Below are positions 1-9,774 of a stretch of 64,000 nt of DNA, one piece after another. The stretch covers positions 7,481 through 71,480 of the forward strand of contig CAYHMC010000002.1 in assembly GCA_964357615.1 (NCBI GenBank), given 5' to 3'. The notes beneath the pieces are model-generated. The model searched no databases and was not told the DNA's origin. It saw only the letters and a list, made by a program, of their open reading frames with translations. This DNA is from an uncultured Candidatus Saccharibacteria bacterium (GTDB lineage: Bacteria > Patescibacteriota > Minisyncoccia > UBA6257 > JACOXY01). The translations under genes and the position numbers were made by a program. The number at the start of each line of letters is the position of its first letter. The stretch's first letter is position 1.

Positions 1-1546
1 CTGCAGTATCATTTGCTTCTTTTATTAAGGCCTCATCAATCTCTCCCATTGACGCAAGCTCTCCTCTTAGACGCATAATGTTTCTCTCATAAGTAATACG
101 ATTAAAATCTACTGGTATAGCCACAGCCAAACTTGTAATATCACTCCAATTTGCCTTAGCAGTCTGAACCTGTTCTTCAAGATCTTGAATTTTAAGTCTT
201 GCGCGTTCTTCTTCAAATAAAAGCTTATTTTGATAATTTTCGAGCTCTTTTATTGCATCTTTTTTTGCTTGATATCTAAAAATTACCTCTTTAAACTCTC
301 CGCTTTTAGATTCAATCAAAAGCGAAACTTCGCGCTCTTTATTTTTTAAATCAGCCAAAGTATTTGATACTGCCATTAATGCTACATTATTTTTTTCGTG
401 AAGTTCAGTTGCTTCAGCTAGCGTCATGCCAGTTCTTTTTTTAACGCGAAAAAGTCCGTGCACTTCTTTTGCTAATTCAATTACCTCATTTTTTAAAGTT
501 TCAAAATCTGCCTTAAATAAATCTTCTAATTTTAATTTTAGTTTTTTTAAAAATGGAACTGCTAGTCCTATATCAATATCGTCTTGCGATTCATAATCTC
601 GTTCGCGTAAAAATTCAATTTGTGCCTCAAGTCTCCCTATTTCTTTTTCTAATTTAGATTTATTGAAATCATGAACTGCACGAGCTTCTTGTAAGTTTTT
701 TAACTCTTTGTGATTATCTGATCCTGATCCTTCTGATTTATCTACGCTTATCTGCAAATTTTTCAATATTTGCTCTTCTTCAGCTATATGTTCTGAAATT
801 TTATTAATTTCTGGTTTTAGAGAAACAAGTTCAGCTTGAATTTCTGAAAAGCGAGAACCATAAAAAACTGATTCAATTTTTTTTAATTCTTCTTCTATTT
901 CAGAACGCTTCTCCCAACGAGATGTTTGTCTTTTAAGAGCGCGCAAATGGGGTGTGATTTCTCTAATAAGCACTTCTGCCTTTTCTAAGTTTATTGATGT
1001 ATTTTTTAATTTTCTTTCTGCTTCCGATTTTTTTAATTGATACTCTCGAAGTCCCAAAATTTCTTCAATCATTTCGCGACGCTCAAGCGGATTTGCGCGC
1101 AAAAACATATCACTCTCGCCTTGACCAATGACAACCAAACCACGAACACCGAGTCTTGCTCTTGCAAAAAAATCTATTAAATCTTTTAGTCTAACTTCTG
1201 CTTGATTTAGAAAGTAGCGAGAATTTCCTCCCCTATCAACCTCGCGAGACACAACAACTTCTGAATACTCTACAGGAAAAATTTGTGAGCTATTATCAAG
1301 ATAAATACTTGCTTGAGCCAAACCAACTCGAGGTCTTTTTGGAGTACCGGCAAAAATAAGATCTCCTACTTTTTCACCTCTTAAATGTTTTGCATCGCGC
1401 TCACCCAAGAGCCACCTTAGTGCGTCAATTATATTAGACTTTCCAGAACCATTTGGACCCACTACGGCTGTAATTCCAGAAGAAAAATCAAGCGTAGTCT
1501 TATTTGCAAACGATTTAAAGCCAGTTAATTCAAGTTTTTTTAACAT
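1..1546 (-). CDS. smc: Chromosome segregation SMC ATPase, N-terminal part (runs off window start)
   Basis: Manual translation from ATG at 1546: MLKKLELTGFKSFA...GITAVVGPNGSGKSNIIDALRWLLGE (SMC Walker A), then coiled coil; absent from ORF track. Confidence 0.93.
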   Translation of the reverse strand, partial: MLKKLELTGFKSFANKTTLDFSSGITAVVGPNGSGKSNIIDALRWLLGERDAKHLRGEKVGDLIFAGTPKRPRVGLAQASIYLDNSSQIFPVEYSEVVVSREVDRGGNSRYFLNQAEVRLKDLIDFFARARLGVRGLVVIGQGESDMFLRANPLERREMIEEILGLREYQLKKSEAERKLKNTSINLEKAEVLIREITPHLRALKRQTSRWEKRSEIEEELKKIESVFYGSRFSEIQAELVSLKPEINKISEHIAEEEQILKNLQISVDKSEGSGSDNHKELKNLQEARAVHDFNKSKLEKEIGRLEAQIEFLRERDYESQDDIDIGLAVPFLKKLKLKLEDLFKADFETLKNEVIELAKEVHGLFRVKKRTGMTLAEATELHEKNNVALMAVSNTLADLKNKEREVSLLIESKSGEFKEVIFRYQAKKDAIKELENYQNKLLFEEERARLKIQDLEEQVQTAKANWSDITSLAVAIPVDFNRITYERNIMRLRGELASMGEIDEALIKEANDTA

Positions 1547-1553
1547 AAATGGA

Positions 1554-2243
1554 TTATTTTTCTATTTCAAGCGCCGCCTTAGCCGCATTTAATTCTGCTT
1601 CTTGCTTTGACATTCCCTCTCCTTCGGCTACCAATTTATTACCAACATATGCCCCTGAACGAAACATTTTTTTATGATCTGGTCCGGTTTCTCCTAAAAT
1701 TTTATAAATTGGAGTGACCTTATCGCGCTCCTGAACAATTTCTTGAAATAAACTTTTTGGATCCTTGTATTCTCCACCAGAAATTATTTCTTCTAAGTGA
1801 GAAAGTACAAATTTTCTTATAAAGGTCTGGGTTATTTCGTATCCACTATCAAGATAAATTGCTCCTATAAGACTTTCGATGGCGTTTGCCAAAATAACAT
1901 CTCTGGCTTTTTCAGAATCTTTTGCTTCGCCACGAGATAAAAATATATAATCGTATAAATCAAAATCGTGAGTAATTTTTGACAAGAATTGATAGTTAAC
2001 AAGTGCCGCGCGAAGTAAAGTGAGTTTTCCTTCTTCAAATTCTGGAAATTTTTTGAAAAGATCTTCGGTAACAATTAATTCCAATACAGCATCACCTAGA
2101 TATTCTAAGCGCTCATTATGAGGTAAACCCCAAGAAGGGTTTTCGTTTAGATACGAGCGATGTGTAAGCGCCTCTTTTAAAAAGTCTAAATTTTTGAAGC
2201 TCACACCAATTTTTTCCTGAAGCTTAGGTAAATCTTTGTTCAA
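1554..2243 (-). CDS. rnc: Ribonuclease III
   Basis: HNERLEYLGDAVL signature, C-terminal dsRBD (GPDHKKMF). Confidence 0.97.
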   Translation of the reverse strand: MNKDLPKLQEKIGVSFKNLDFLKEALTHRSYLNENPSWGLPHNERLEYLGDAVLELIVTEDLFKKFPEFEEGKLTLLRAALVNYQFLSKITHDFDLYDYIFLSRGEAKDSEKARDVILANAIESLIGAIYLDSGYEITQTFIRKFVLSHLEEIISGGEYKDPKSLFQEIVQERDKVTPIYKILGETGPDHKKMFRSGAYVGNKLVAEGEGMSKQEAELNAAKAALEIEK

Positions 2244-2346
2244 TGTTTTGTAATTTCTAATTTCAAATGAATCTAATTCTTCGCTATATTTTACTTACTA
2301 AATTAGATTAATTAGGAATAAGAAATTTATCAATAGGTTAAAATAA

Positions 2347-2790
2347 TCAATCTTTTGGAACTGCGTTTCTTTGAGCCTCAAGCTCTCTAAAGACAGTCCC
2401 CAATACTCCATTTATGAATCGTCCAGAATTTGGTCCTCCAAAATTTTTTGCCATTTCAATAGATTCATTAATTGCAACTTTTGGTGGTACTTCTTCTGGA
2501 TTTTGATATAAAAGCTCCCACAAACCAATCCTCAATATATTTCTATCTGTAGTTGATATTTGTTTAAGTGGCCATTCTGGAGCAACTTTAGTTATAATCA
2601 TATCGAGCTCTTCGATTTTTTGTGCAACCCCATGAACGATATGCCAAACAAAATCTGGCTCGTCTATTCCTGGTGCAAATTCATTCATGTTTCTCTCGAC
2701 GATTGGATCCAGTTCTGTTTTTTGACCATAAAAATCCCACTCATATAGTGATTGCAGAACAACTGATCTTGCAAGATGCCGAGTAGCCAT
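2347..2790 (-). CDS. nusB: Transcription antitermination factor NusB
   Basis: [37 protein letters not shown]. Confidence 0.96.
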   Translation of the reverse strand: MATRHLARSVVLQSLYEWDFYGQKTELDPIVERNMNEFAPGIDEPDFVWHIVHGVAQKIEELDMIITKVAPEWPLKQISTTDRNILRIGLWELLYQNPEEVPPKVAINESIEMAKNFGGPNSGRFINGVLGTVFRELEAQRNAVPKD

Positions 2791-2841
2791 AAATTTTATT
2801 TAAAGAACGAGAAATTTAGAACTTTGGTTAATTAACAGCTC

Positions 2842-3003
2842 TTATTTCATATTTTTCTTTCCACATTGAGAACAAGCTCTGTGTGGCAATATTGGACCAG
2901 AACAATTCTTACAAACTAAAATATTGCGTTTTTTAAGCGCCAAATGAGACCTTCTACGGCCTACTTTTCCTTTTGAATGATGTTTAACTGGTACGCCTCC
3001 CAT
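2842..3003 (-). CDS. rpmF: 50S ribosomal protein L32 (Zn-binding type), 53 aa
   Basis: Manual translation MGGVPVKHHSKGKVGRRRSHLALKKRNILVCKNCSGPILPHRACSQCGKKNMK; below ORF track cutoff. Confidence 0.93.
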   Translation of the reverse strand: MGGVPVKHHSKGKVGRRRSHLALKKRNILVCKNCSGPILPHRACSQCGKKNMK

Positions 3004-3076
3004 ATCGTTTTATACTATCAATTGCTTAATCTTAATATAATGCATACTAACCATATTTTCAATAGAAATCAAGTAT

Positions 3077-3670
3077 CTATAGAAAGGTAACTCTGTGCTT
3101 TTTGCTTGGACCATATCTCTTCACTGCATCCATATGCATTTTTGTACCATAACCTTTATGAACATTAAATCCATATTTAGGATATTTTTTATGCAATCTA
3201 CTCATAAGATTGTCGCGAGTAACTTTTGCAACAATTGACGCGAGTGATACGGCTTTTATTTTTTCATCTCCACGAATAACAGTTTGTGGTTTATGCTTAT
3301 TATTCAGAGATTGATCAATAATATATAATCCGCCATCAAGATATATTTTTTTAACTGAAGATTTTATTTTACCAATTGCAATTAGTCTAGATAGCGCACG
3401 AGTTGCTGCTAGGTTAGCCGATTGTGAAATATTTATCTTATCAATAATGCTTGGTTGTACATGAGCTAATGAATAAAAAACTTCAGGATTATTTTTTATA
3501 TAATCAAACCATCTCTCCCTATTTTTTGCAGAAAGTTTTTTAGAGTCTTTTAGCTTCATATTTTTAACTCTAACCTTAAACCCAACTGGCATGGCAAGCG
3601 CAACAACTGTTACTGGACCAGCGATAGAGCCCCTACCAACTTCATCGATACCAATGATATATTTTTTCAT
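3077..3670 (-). CDS. rnhB: Ribonuclease HII
   Basis: IGIDEVGRGSIAGP, LKDSKKL, ASIVAKVTRD, HKGYGT; start placed at MKKYIIG. Confidence 0.95.
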   Translation of the reverse strand: MKKYIIGIDEVGRGSIAGPVTVVALAMPVGFKVRVKNMKLKDSKKLSAKNRERWFDYIKNNPEVFYSLAHVQPSIIDKINISQSANLAATRALSRLIAIGKIKSSVKKIYLDGGLYIIDQSLNNKHKPQTVIRGDEKIKAVSLASIVAKVTRDNLMSRLHKKYPKYGFNVHKGYGTKMHMDAVKRYGPSKKHRVTFL

Positions 3671-3716
3671 CTTAGTAATAATATAACGAAAATTAAATAT
3701 TTCGAAAAAATAGACA

Positions 3717-3745
3717 TTGCCATATCTGCATCTCATCCCTATAAT
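3717..3745 (+). promoter_or_regulatory. Sigma70-type promoter for dnaE
   Basis: TTGCCA-17 bp-TATAAT. Confidence 0.7.
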
Positions 3746-3758
3746 GTGATTAACTAGT

Positions 3759-3924
3759 GAATCTTATGTATAATTCCTTTTCTACTACAATTTCCATATT
3801 TTGGCTCCAGCTTCGTAAAAATTTCTTGAAGTATATTTCATATACATCTTCGAAATTTTTACTTCGCTTCGCTTAAAATTTGGAATTTTCGCTACGAAAA
3901 AAAATTATACAAAAGATTCTTATG
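3759..3924. repeat. Long imperfect palindrome / MITE-like insertion at the dnaE start
   Basis: Outer IR 16/17 (3759-3775 vs 3903-3919), perfect 11-bp inner IR (3815-3825 vs 3852-3862), apical GTATAT-TTC-ATATAC; TCTTATG direct repeat at 3762-3768 and 3918-3924. Confidence 0.75.
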
Positions 3925-6900
3925 AAATTTGTTCACTTACATAACCATAGCCACTATTCATTACTAGATGGTCTTTCAAAAATTGATGATATGGTTGCAC
4001 GCACAAAAGCACTGGGAATGGACGCCATTGCTATAACCGACCACGGAAATCTTTATGGCAGTATAGAATTTTATCAAAAAGCAAAAAAAGCAAAAATTAA
4101 ACCCATTTTGGGAATGGAAGCTTATGTGGCGCCTGGAAACCGTAGGGACAAAGGACAGGGTACTGGAGACCCAGACTCAAAAATTAATAAGAATCCTAAA
4201 GAAGAATTCGGGATGCGAAATCGTCTTCCCTATTATCACTTAATATTACTTGCAGAAAATGATGCGGGTTGGAAAAATCTTATTAAATTAGCAACAAAAG
4301 CTTCACTTGAGGGTTTTTATTACAAACCTCGCATCGACAAAGAATTACTTCGCGAACATCACGAAGGTTTAATTGCGCTCTCTGGATGTATGACTGGCGA
4401 AATTTCCAGACTGCTACTTGCAGATAAATTTAGCGCAGCCGAAAATGCAGTTAAAGAATATGTTGAAATTTTTGGACCAAATAATTTCTTTTTAGAAATT
4501 GGACATCATCCCGCAATAAAAGAACTAAAAAAAATAAACGAGGGATTGATTCTGCTTTCCAAAAAAACCGGCGTACCACTTTGCGCCACGCAAGATAGCC
4601 ACTACCTTTTAAAAGAAGACGCTCCCTATCACGACATTTTGCTTGCAGTTCAAACGGGAAATAAATTAACCGACGAAGATAGGCTCACGCTAAAAGACGA
4701 TGATTTTTCATTACGCTCACCAGAAGAAATGGAACTCCTTTTTAAAGAGCATCCGGAAGCCATAGAAAGCACAGTAAAAATTGCAGAAAGATGTAATGTA
4801 GAATTAGAACTTGGGAAAATTCGCTTGCCTTCATTTCCGCTTCCAGATGGCGTAAATCCAATGTCGCACTTAAGAGAACTAATTAACTTGCGTATTGGTA
4901 AAAGATTTCCTGGTGATATCAAAAAAGAAGTATATGAGCGTCTCGAATTTGAACTCGGCGTAATTGACAGCATGAAATACGCTAATTACTTTTTAATCGT
5001 ACAAGATTTTATCAATTGGGCAAAAGAACGAGGAATAGTGGTTGGTCCAGGAAGAGGCTCCGCTGCAGGGAGCTTGGTTTCTTATGTGCTTGGTATTACC
5101 GAAGTTGACCCTCTAAAATATGATTTGTATTTTGAGCGTTTTTTAAATCCAGAGCGCATTCAGATGCCTGATATAGACATAGATTTTACAGACCTTCGTC
5201 GCGATGAAGTGCTTTCGTATGTAAAAGAAAAATATGGCGAAGATAGAGTAGCGCAAATTATAACTTTTGGAACAATGGCGGCGCGCGCCGCAATTCGTGA
5301 TTCTGGCCGTGCATTAGGAATGCCATATTCACTGTGCGACCAAATTGCTAAAATGCTTCCGTTAAATTTTAAGTTTAAAGACGGAATAGAAAACATTCCA
5401 GACCTAAAAGCACTGTATTTAGAAAATCCAGATGCTAAACAAATTATAAATGCTGCCCGGAAACTTGAAGGCGTAGCCAGACACGCATCTGTTCATGCTT
5501 GTGGTGTTGTTATTTCAAAAGATCCATTGATTGAGATTGTGCCTCTTCAACTCTCTCCCCAAGACCAGACCTCTATCATTACGCAATTTGAAATGCACGC
5601 CATTGAAGATCTTGGACTCTTAAAAATGGACTTTCTGGGGCTTAAAAACCTAACTATTATGGAAGAAACGATAAGGCTTGTCTATGATATTCACGGACAG
5701 AAAATTAACATAACAGAAATACCAATTGACGATTTGAAAACTTTTGAGTTTTTAAAACAAGGTGAAACAACTGGAGTTTTTCAATTTGAAGGAAGCGGAA
5801 TGCGACGCTACATGAAAGAGCTAAAACCAACCGAACTTGAAGATTTAATTGCGTTAGTTGCATTGTATAGGCCTGGACCAATGGAACTTATTCCTACTTA
5901 CATCAAAAGAAAAAATGGTGAAGAAAAAGTGTCGTATATTCATCCAATTATGGAAAAAGTTCTTAAAAACACTTACGGCGTAATCGTGTACCAAGAACAA
6001 GTTATGGCAATGGCTACGGAATTAGCTGGACTCACCAAAGGTGAAGGCTATCTTTTGATTAAAGCTGTTGGTAAAAAAATAAAATCGTTACTCGACGAAC
6101 AAAAAGAAAAGTTCATAAATGGTTGTTTAAAAAATAATATTACACCCAGTATAGCCAAAACTGCATGGGAATTAATTGAACCATTTGCGCGCTATGGTTT
6201 TAACAAAGCCCACTCTACTTGCTATGCGCTTATTGGCTATCAAACTGCTTACCTAAAAGCCAATTATCCTATTGAATATATGACGGCTTTATTTGATGCC
6301 GACAAAAACGATGTAGAAAGAATTTCATTTTTAACTCAAGAGGCTGGGAAAATTGGAATTAAAGTACTACCACCGGACATAAATACAAGCTCAAGAGACT
6401 TTATGCCAGATGGAAGCGATATTCGCTTTGGGTTACTTGCAATTAAAAATGTTGGTGGAAATATTGTTGACGCGATAGTAAACGAAAGAGCGCGAGGTGG
6501 CAATTTTACTGATTTTTCTGAATTTATAACAAGAGTAGAGCACAAAGATTTGAATAAAAAATCTCTTGAGTCATTAGCAAGGTGTGGTGTTTTTGATTCC
6601 TTAAACATTGACCGCAACTCAATAATAGAAAATATTGAAGATATTCTAAAGTTTATTGCTGGGTATCGAAGGTCATCTGGAAATAGCAATCATTCTTTAT
6701 TTCAAAATAATTTGGCCAAACCAAAACTTGAACTCAAGCAAGTTGCGGAGGCTCTACCAACAGATAAATTAAAGTGGGAAAAAGAATTGATTGGCTTATA
6801 CATATCTGATCACCCACTTAACCAATTTAAAGATAAAATTGAAAAAAGTAGAGCAAGACCGATTAAAGATGCGTTGCTTATTAAAAATCAAAACTTAAAA

Positions 6901-7137
6901 TTTTTTGTTGCCGGAATTGTTGCGTCAGTGAAAAAAATTAATGACAAAAAGGGTCGTCCGATGTTATTTGTTCGAATGGAAGACTTAAATAACGAAGCCG
7001 AAGTAATTGTATTTTCAAGTGTATATGCAAAAAATCCTGCACTCTGGCAGGAAAACACCCCACTATTACTTCAGGCAAAAACTAACTGGAGAAATGGGGA
7101 AGCCAAGTTAATTTGTGACTCTGCCAACGAGCTTTAA
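3922..7137 (+). CDS. dnaE: DNA polymerase III alpha subunit
   Basis: FVHLHNHSHYSLLDG PHP domain, GPGRGSAAGS, MPDIDIDF, YGFNKAH, OB fold; ends without the C-terminal tau-binding domain. Confidence 0.98.
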   Translation: MKFVHLHNHSHYSLLDGLSKIDDMVARTKALGMDAIAITDHGNLYGSIEFYQKAKKAKIKPILGMEAYVAPGNRRDKGQGTGDPDSKINKNPKEEFGMRNRLPYYHLILLAENDAGWKNLIKLATKASLEGFYYKPRIDKELLREHHEGLIALSGCMTGEISRLLLADKFSAAENAVKEYVEIFGPNNFFLEIGHHPAIKELKKINEGLILLSKKTGVPLCATQDSHYLLKEDAPYHDILLAVQTGNKLTDEDRLTLKDDDFSLRSPEEMELLFKEHPEAIESTVKIAERCNVELELGKIRLPSFPLPDGVNPMSHLRELINLRIGKRFPGDIKKEVYERLEFELGVIDSMKYANYFLIVQDFINWAKERGIVVGPGRGSAAGSLVSYVLGITEVDPLKYDLYFERFLNPERIQMPDIDIDFTDLRRDEVLSYVKEKYGEDRVAQIITFGTMAARAAIRDSGRALGMPYSLCDQIAKMLPLNFKFKDGIENIPDLKALYLENPDAKQIINAARKLEGVARHASVHACGVVISKDPLIEIVPLQLSPQDQTSIITQFEMHAIEDLGLLKMDFLGLKNLTIMEETIRLVYDIHGQKINITEIPIDDLKTFEFLKQGETTGVFQFEGSGMRRYMKELKPTELEDLIALVALYRPGPMELIPTYIKRKNGEEKVSYIHPIMEKVLKNTYGVIVYQEQVMAMATELAGLTKGEGYLLIKAVGKKIKSLLDEQKEKFINGCLKNNITPSIAKTAWELIEPFARYGFNKAHSTCYALIGYQTAYLKANYPIEYMTALFDADKNDVERISFLTQEAGKIGIKVLPPDINTSSRDFMPDGSDIRFGLLAIKNVGGNIVDAIVNERARGGNFTDFSEFITRVEHKDLNKKSLESLARCGVFDSLNIDRNSIIENIEDILKFIAGYRRSSGNSNHSLFQNNLAKPKLELKQVAEALPTDKLKWEKELIGLYISDHPLNQFKDKIEKSRARPIKDALLIKNQNLKFFVAGIVASVKKINDKKGRPMLFVRMEDLNNEAEVIVFSSVYAKNPALWQENTPLLLQAKTNWRNGEAKLICDSANEL

Positions 7138-7476
7138 TAGTTGTGCGCTTAAATCAGCGCTTAAACCCAAGAAGTTTTGCTGTGAAAACATATTAATACC
7201 GATAAAGAAAATTGAGCCGAGTCCCGCAATGAGAAAAAAAGCTGTTATGAATCCAAATTTTATTCTTTTTAATCGATAATGAGCTCTATGATTGAAAAGA
7301 TGGTACCATTTTTTAATAAAGAAAAGTGACCCAATTATTAAATAAATTATAAATGCGCCAAGAAGTGTATTCGGCGACTTAAAACACCCAAACTGATTAA
7401 CCCCAGACGAACAACTACCTATAAAATTAACATAGAGCGAATATACAAAAAATGCTCCAACAATTAGTCTTATCAT
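7108..7476 (-). CDS. Hypothetical membrane protein (about 3 TM)
   Basis: Hydrophobic segments; 3' end overlaps dnaE by 30 bp. Confidence 0.6.
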   Translation of the reverse strand: MIRLIVGAFFVYSLYVNFIGSCSSGVNQFGCFKSPNTLLGAFIIYLIIGSLFFIKKWYHLFNHRAHYRLKRIKFGFITAFFLIAGLGSIFFIGINMFSQQNFLGLSADLSAQLLKLVGRVTN

Positions 7477-7522
7477 GGTTATAATTTATTGTAACATAAG
7501 TGATAAATAAAAATGCCGAGCT

Positions 7523-7882
7523 TTAGCTCGGTTTTCGAATTATGATTTCATTGTTGGTTAATAAAAAATTAGAAGTATTACCATCCGCACAAGATTGGGC
7601 TTCATGTTTTCTAAGTATTTCACTAACAAAAATCTGGTCTTCGGTTGGTAGACAAACCTTTAAGAGACGATAAGAGTCATATTTTCCAATTTTATATCTT
7701 TCTAATACATCTTCTCTTAGGGATGTCAGCTCAGCGTAGACATCTCCAGAGTCTCTTTCTGTGACAATTTTTGCAGTAATATATACGCTTAGAGCATTCA
7801 AAACATCAACTAAACTTCCCCAACCTACAAAAATTAATAATATTTGATTCTTGTGACTCAAAACAAAAACTGGTTTCCCCAT
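7523..7882 (-). CDS. Hypothetical protein
   Basis: 119-aa ATG ORF filling the gap; no recognised motif. Confidence 0.55.
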   Translation of the reverse strand: MGKPVFVLSHKNQILLIFVGWGSLVDVLNALSVYITAKIVTERDSGDVYAELTSLREDVLERYKIGKYDSYRLLKVCLPTEDQIFVSEILRKHEAQSCADGNTSNFLLTNNEIIIRKPS

Positions 7883-7929
7883 ATATTCCCATTCACAAAA
7901 AATAGAGCTATACTGGTTATACTCTTACT

Positions 7930-9729
7930 ATGAACCCTAGTCAAGAAAATTTAGATAATATTCGCCATTCATTGGCTCATCTTTTAGCTGCTGCCGTGCT
8001 AAAAAAATTCCCAAAAGCAAAGCTAGGAATCGGCCCAACCATAGAAAATGGTTTTTATTATGATTTTGAATTACCCGCCAATAAGCTTGCAGACAAACAA
8101 GGTTTTACACCCGACGATTTAATAGAGTTTGAAAAGGAAATTCGCCATAATATAAAAGCTAGTCTTACATTCTCTGGTCAAAAACTAACCCCATTAAAAG
8201 CTAAAACGATTTTTAAAACTCAAAAATTTAAACTTGAACTTATTAAAGACCTTTCAAAAGAAAAGAAGCAACTCACCTTATATAAAACTGGGGAAATTTT
8301 TCAAGATCTTTGTCGCGGTGGACATGTTAGGAATACTAATGAAATAAACCCAGATGCTTTCAAGCTTACTCACACAGCGGGGGCTTACTGGAAAGGAGAC
8401 GAAAAAAAACCACAACTTCAGAGAATTTACGGAGTGGCATTTGAAAACAAGGAAGATTTAGAAAAATATTGGTGGCGTGAGGAAGAAGCTAAAAAAAGAG
8501 ATCATAGAAAACTAGGTAAAGAACTTGGACTATATACGATTATTGACGAGATAGGGTCTGGTCTCCCACTCTTTTATCCAAAAGGAGCCATTCTTCGTCG
8601 CCTAGTTGAAAATTTTATCACTGAACTACAAGAACAAAAAGGATACCTTCCGATTTGGATTCCTCACATAACAAAGGGTGAGCTTTATAAGATTTCCGGA
8701 CACTTAGATAAATATGATGCCATGTATCCTCCTGTAAAGCTAAAAAATGAGTCTGACTATTATCTAAAGCCGATGAACTGTCCTCATTTTATGATGTTAT
8801 ACAAAAGCCAACCACGCTCTTATCGCGACTTACCAATCCGATGGACATCAACTACAACAAATTATAGGCTGGAAAAAAGCGGAGAGTTAACCGGACTAAC
8901 AAGAGTGCGCTCAATTACACAAGATGATTGTCATGTCTTTTGTGAGCCAGATGATATTGAGAAAATTATAAATGAAATGCTAGATATGATTTCGGAAACC
9001 TATAAAGTATTTGGATTCCATGATTTCTCGGTTCGCATCTCGACTCACGACCCCAAGGATAAACAAAAATATATTGGGAATCCAAAAATATGGGGGGTAG
9101 CCGAAGAAATATTGACTCGCGTTATTAAAAAGCGCAACTGGAAACATGAAATTGGAATTGGCGAAGCGGCTTTTTATGGACCAAAGCTAGATTTTATATT
9201 TAAAGACGCCCTAGGGAGAGATTGGCAACTTTCCACCATTCAACTGGACATGAATCTTCCATCGCGCTTTGAGCTTCATTACACACCCAAAGGAGAAGGT
9301 GAAGAGAATAGTAAACCACTGCCACCAGCAGAACCAGTAGTCATTCATAGGGCCATTCTAGGATCAACCGAAAGATTTCTAGGAATTTTGATAGAACATT
9401 TTGCTGGTGCTTTTCCATTGTGGCTATCCCCAATTCAAGCTCGAGTTTTAGCTATTAGCGACAAACAAGCTGATTATGCAAATAAAATCTTTAGCGAACT
9501 AAAGCAATCTGGAATTAGAGCTGAAATTTCTCAGTCGAATGAAACTCTTGGGAAAAGAATCAGACAAGCACAACTCGACAAAATACCCTATCTTCTTATA
9601 GTTGGAGACAAGGAAAAAACCACCAATGAAGTATCGGTGCGACACCACAAACGCGGTGACGATGGGGTTCTGAAGCTAGATGAGTGTATTAGTAAAATGA
9701 AACTAGAAATTGATGAGAAGATAATATAA
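7930..9729 (+). CDS. thrS: Threonine--tRNA ligase lacking the N-terminal TGS domain
   Basis: RHSLAHLLA, DLCRGGH, RDHRKLG, KPMNCP, AAFYGPKLD, IHRAILGS. Confidence 0.98.
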   Translation: MNPSQENLDNIRHSLAHLLAAAVLKKFPKAKLGIGPTIENGFYYDFELPANKLADKQGFTPDDLIEFEKEIRHNIKASLTFSGQKLTPLKAKTIFKTQKFKLELIKDLSKEKKQLTLYKTGEIFQDLCRGGHVRNTNEINPDAFKLTHTAGAYWKGDEKKPQLQRIYGVAFENKEDLEKYWWREEEAKKRDHRKLGKELGLYTIIDEIGSGLPLFYPKGAILRRLVENFITELQEQKGYLPIWIPHITKGELYKISGHLDKYDAMYPPVKLKNESDYYLKPMNCPHFMMLYKSQPRSYRDLPIRWTSTTTNYRLEKSGELTGLTRVRSITQDDCHVFCEPDDIEKIINEMLDMISETYKVFGFHDFSVRISTHDPKDKQKYIGNPKIWGVAEEILTRVIKKRNWKHEIGIGEAAFYGPKLDFIFKDALGRDWQLSTIQLDMNLPSRFELHYTPKGEGEENSKPLPPAEPVVIHRAILGSTERFLGILIEHFAGAFPLWLSPIQARVLAISDKQADYANKIFSELKQSGIRAEISQSNETLGKRIRQAQLDKIPYLLIVGDKEKTTNEVSVRHHKRGDDGVLKLDECISKMKLEIDEKII

Positions 9730-9735
9730 TGAATC

Positions 9736-9766
9736 AAATCGAGTGCCTCAAAGACACTCGATTTTT
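9736..9766 (+). terminator. Intrinsic terminator-like hairpin between thrS and miaA
   Basis: AAATCGAGTG / CACTCGATTT stem followed by Ts. Confidence 0.65.
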
Positions 9767-9774
9767 AAATTAAA

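Noticed and set aside
3880-3921. N-terminal extension of DnaE from the TTG at 3880
   Set aside because: Lies in the palindrome arm; the conserved protein begins at MKFVHLH (3922)
4650-6689. Antisense ORFs within dnaE (and similar short ORFs nested in other genes)
   Set aside because: Fully nested in well-supported genes with no motifs
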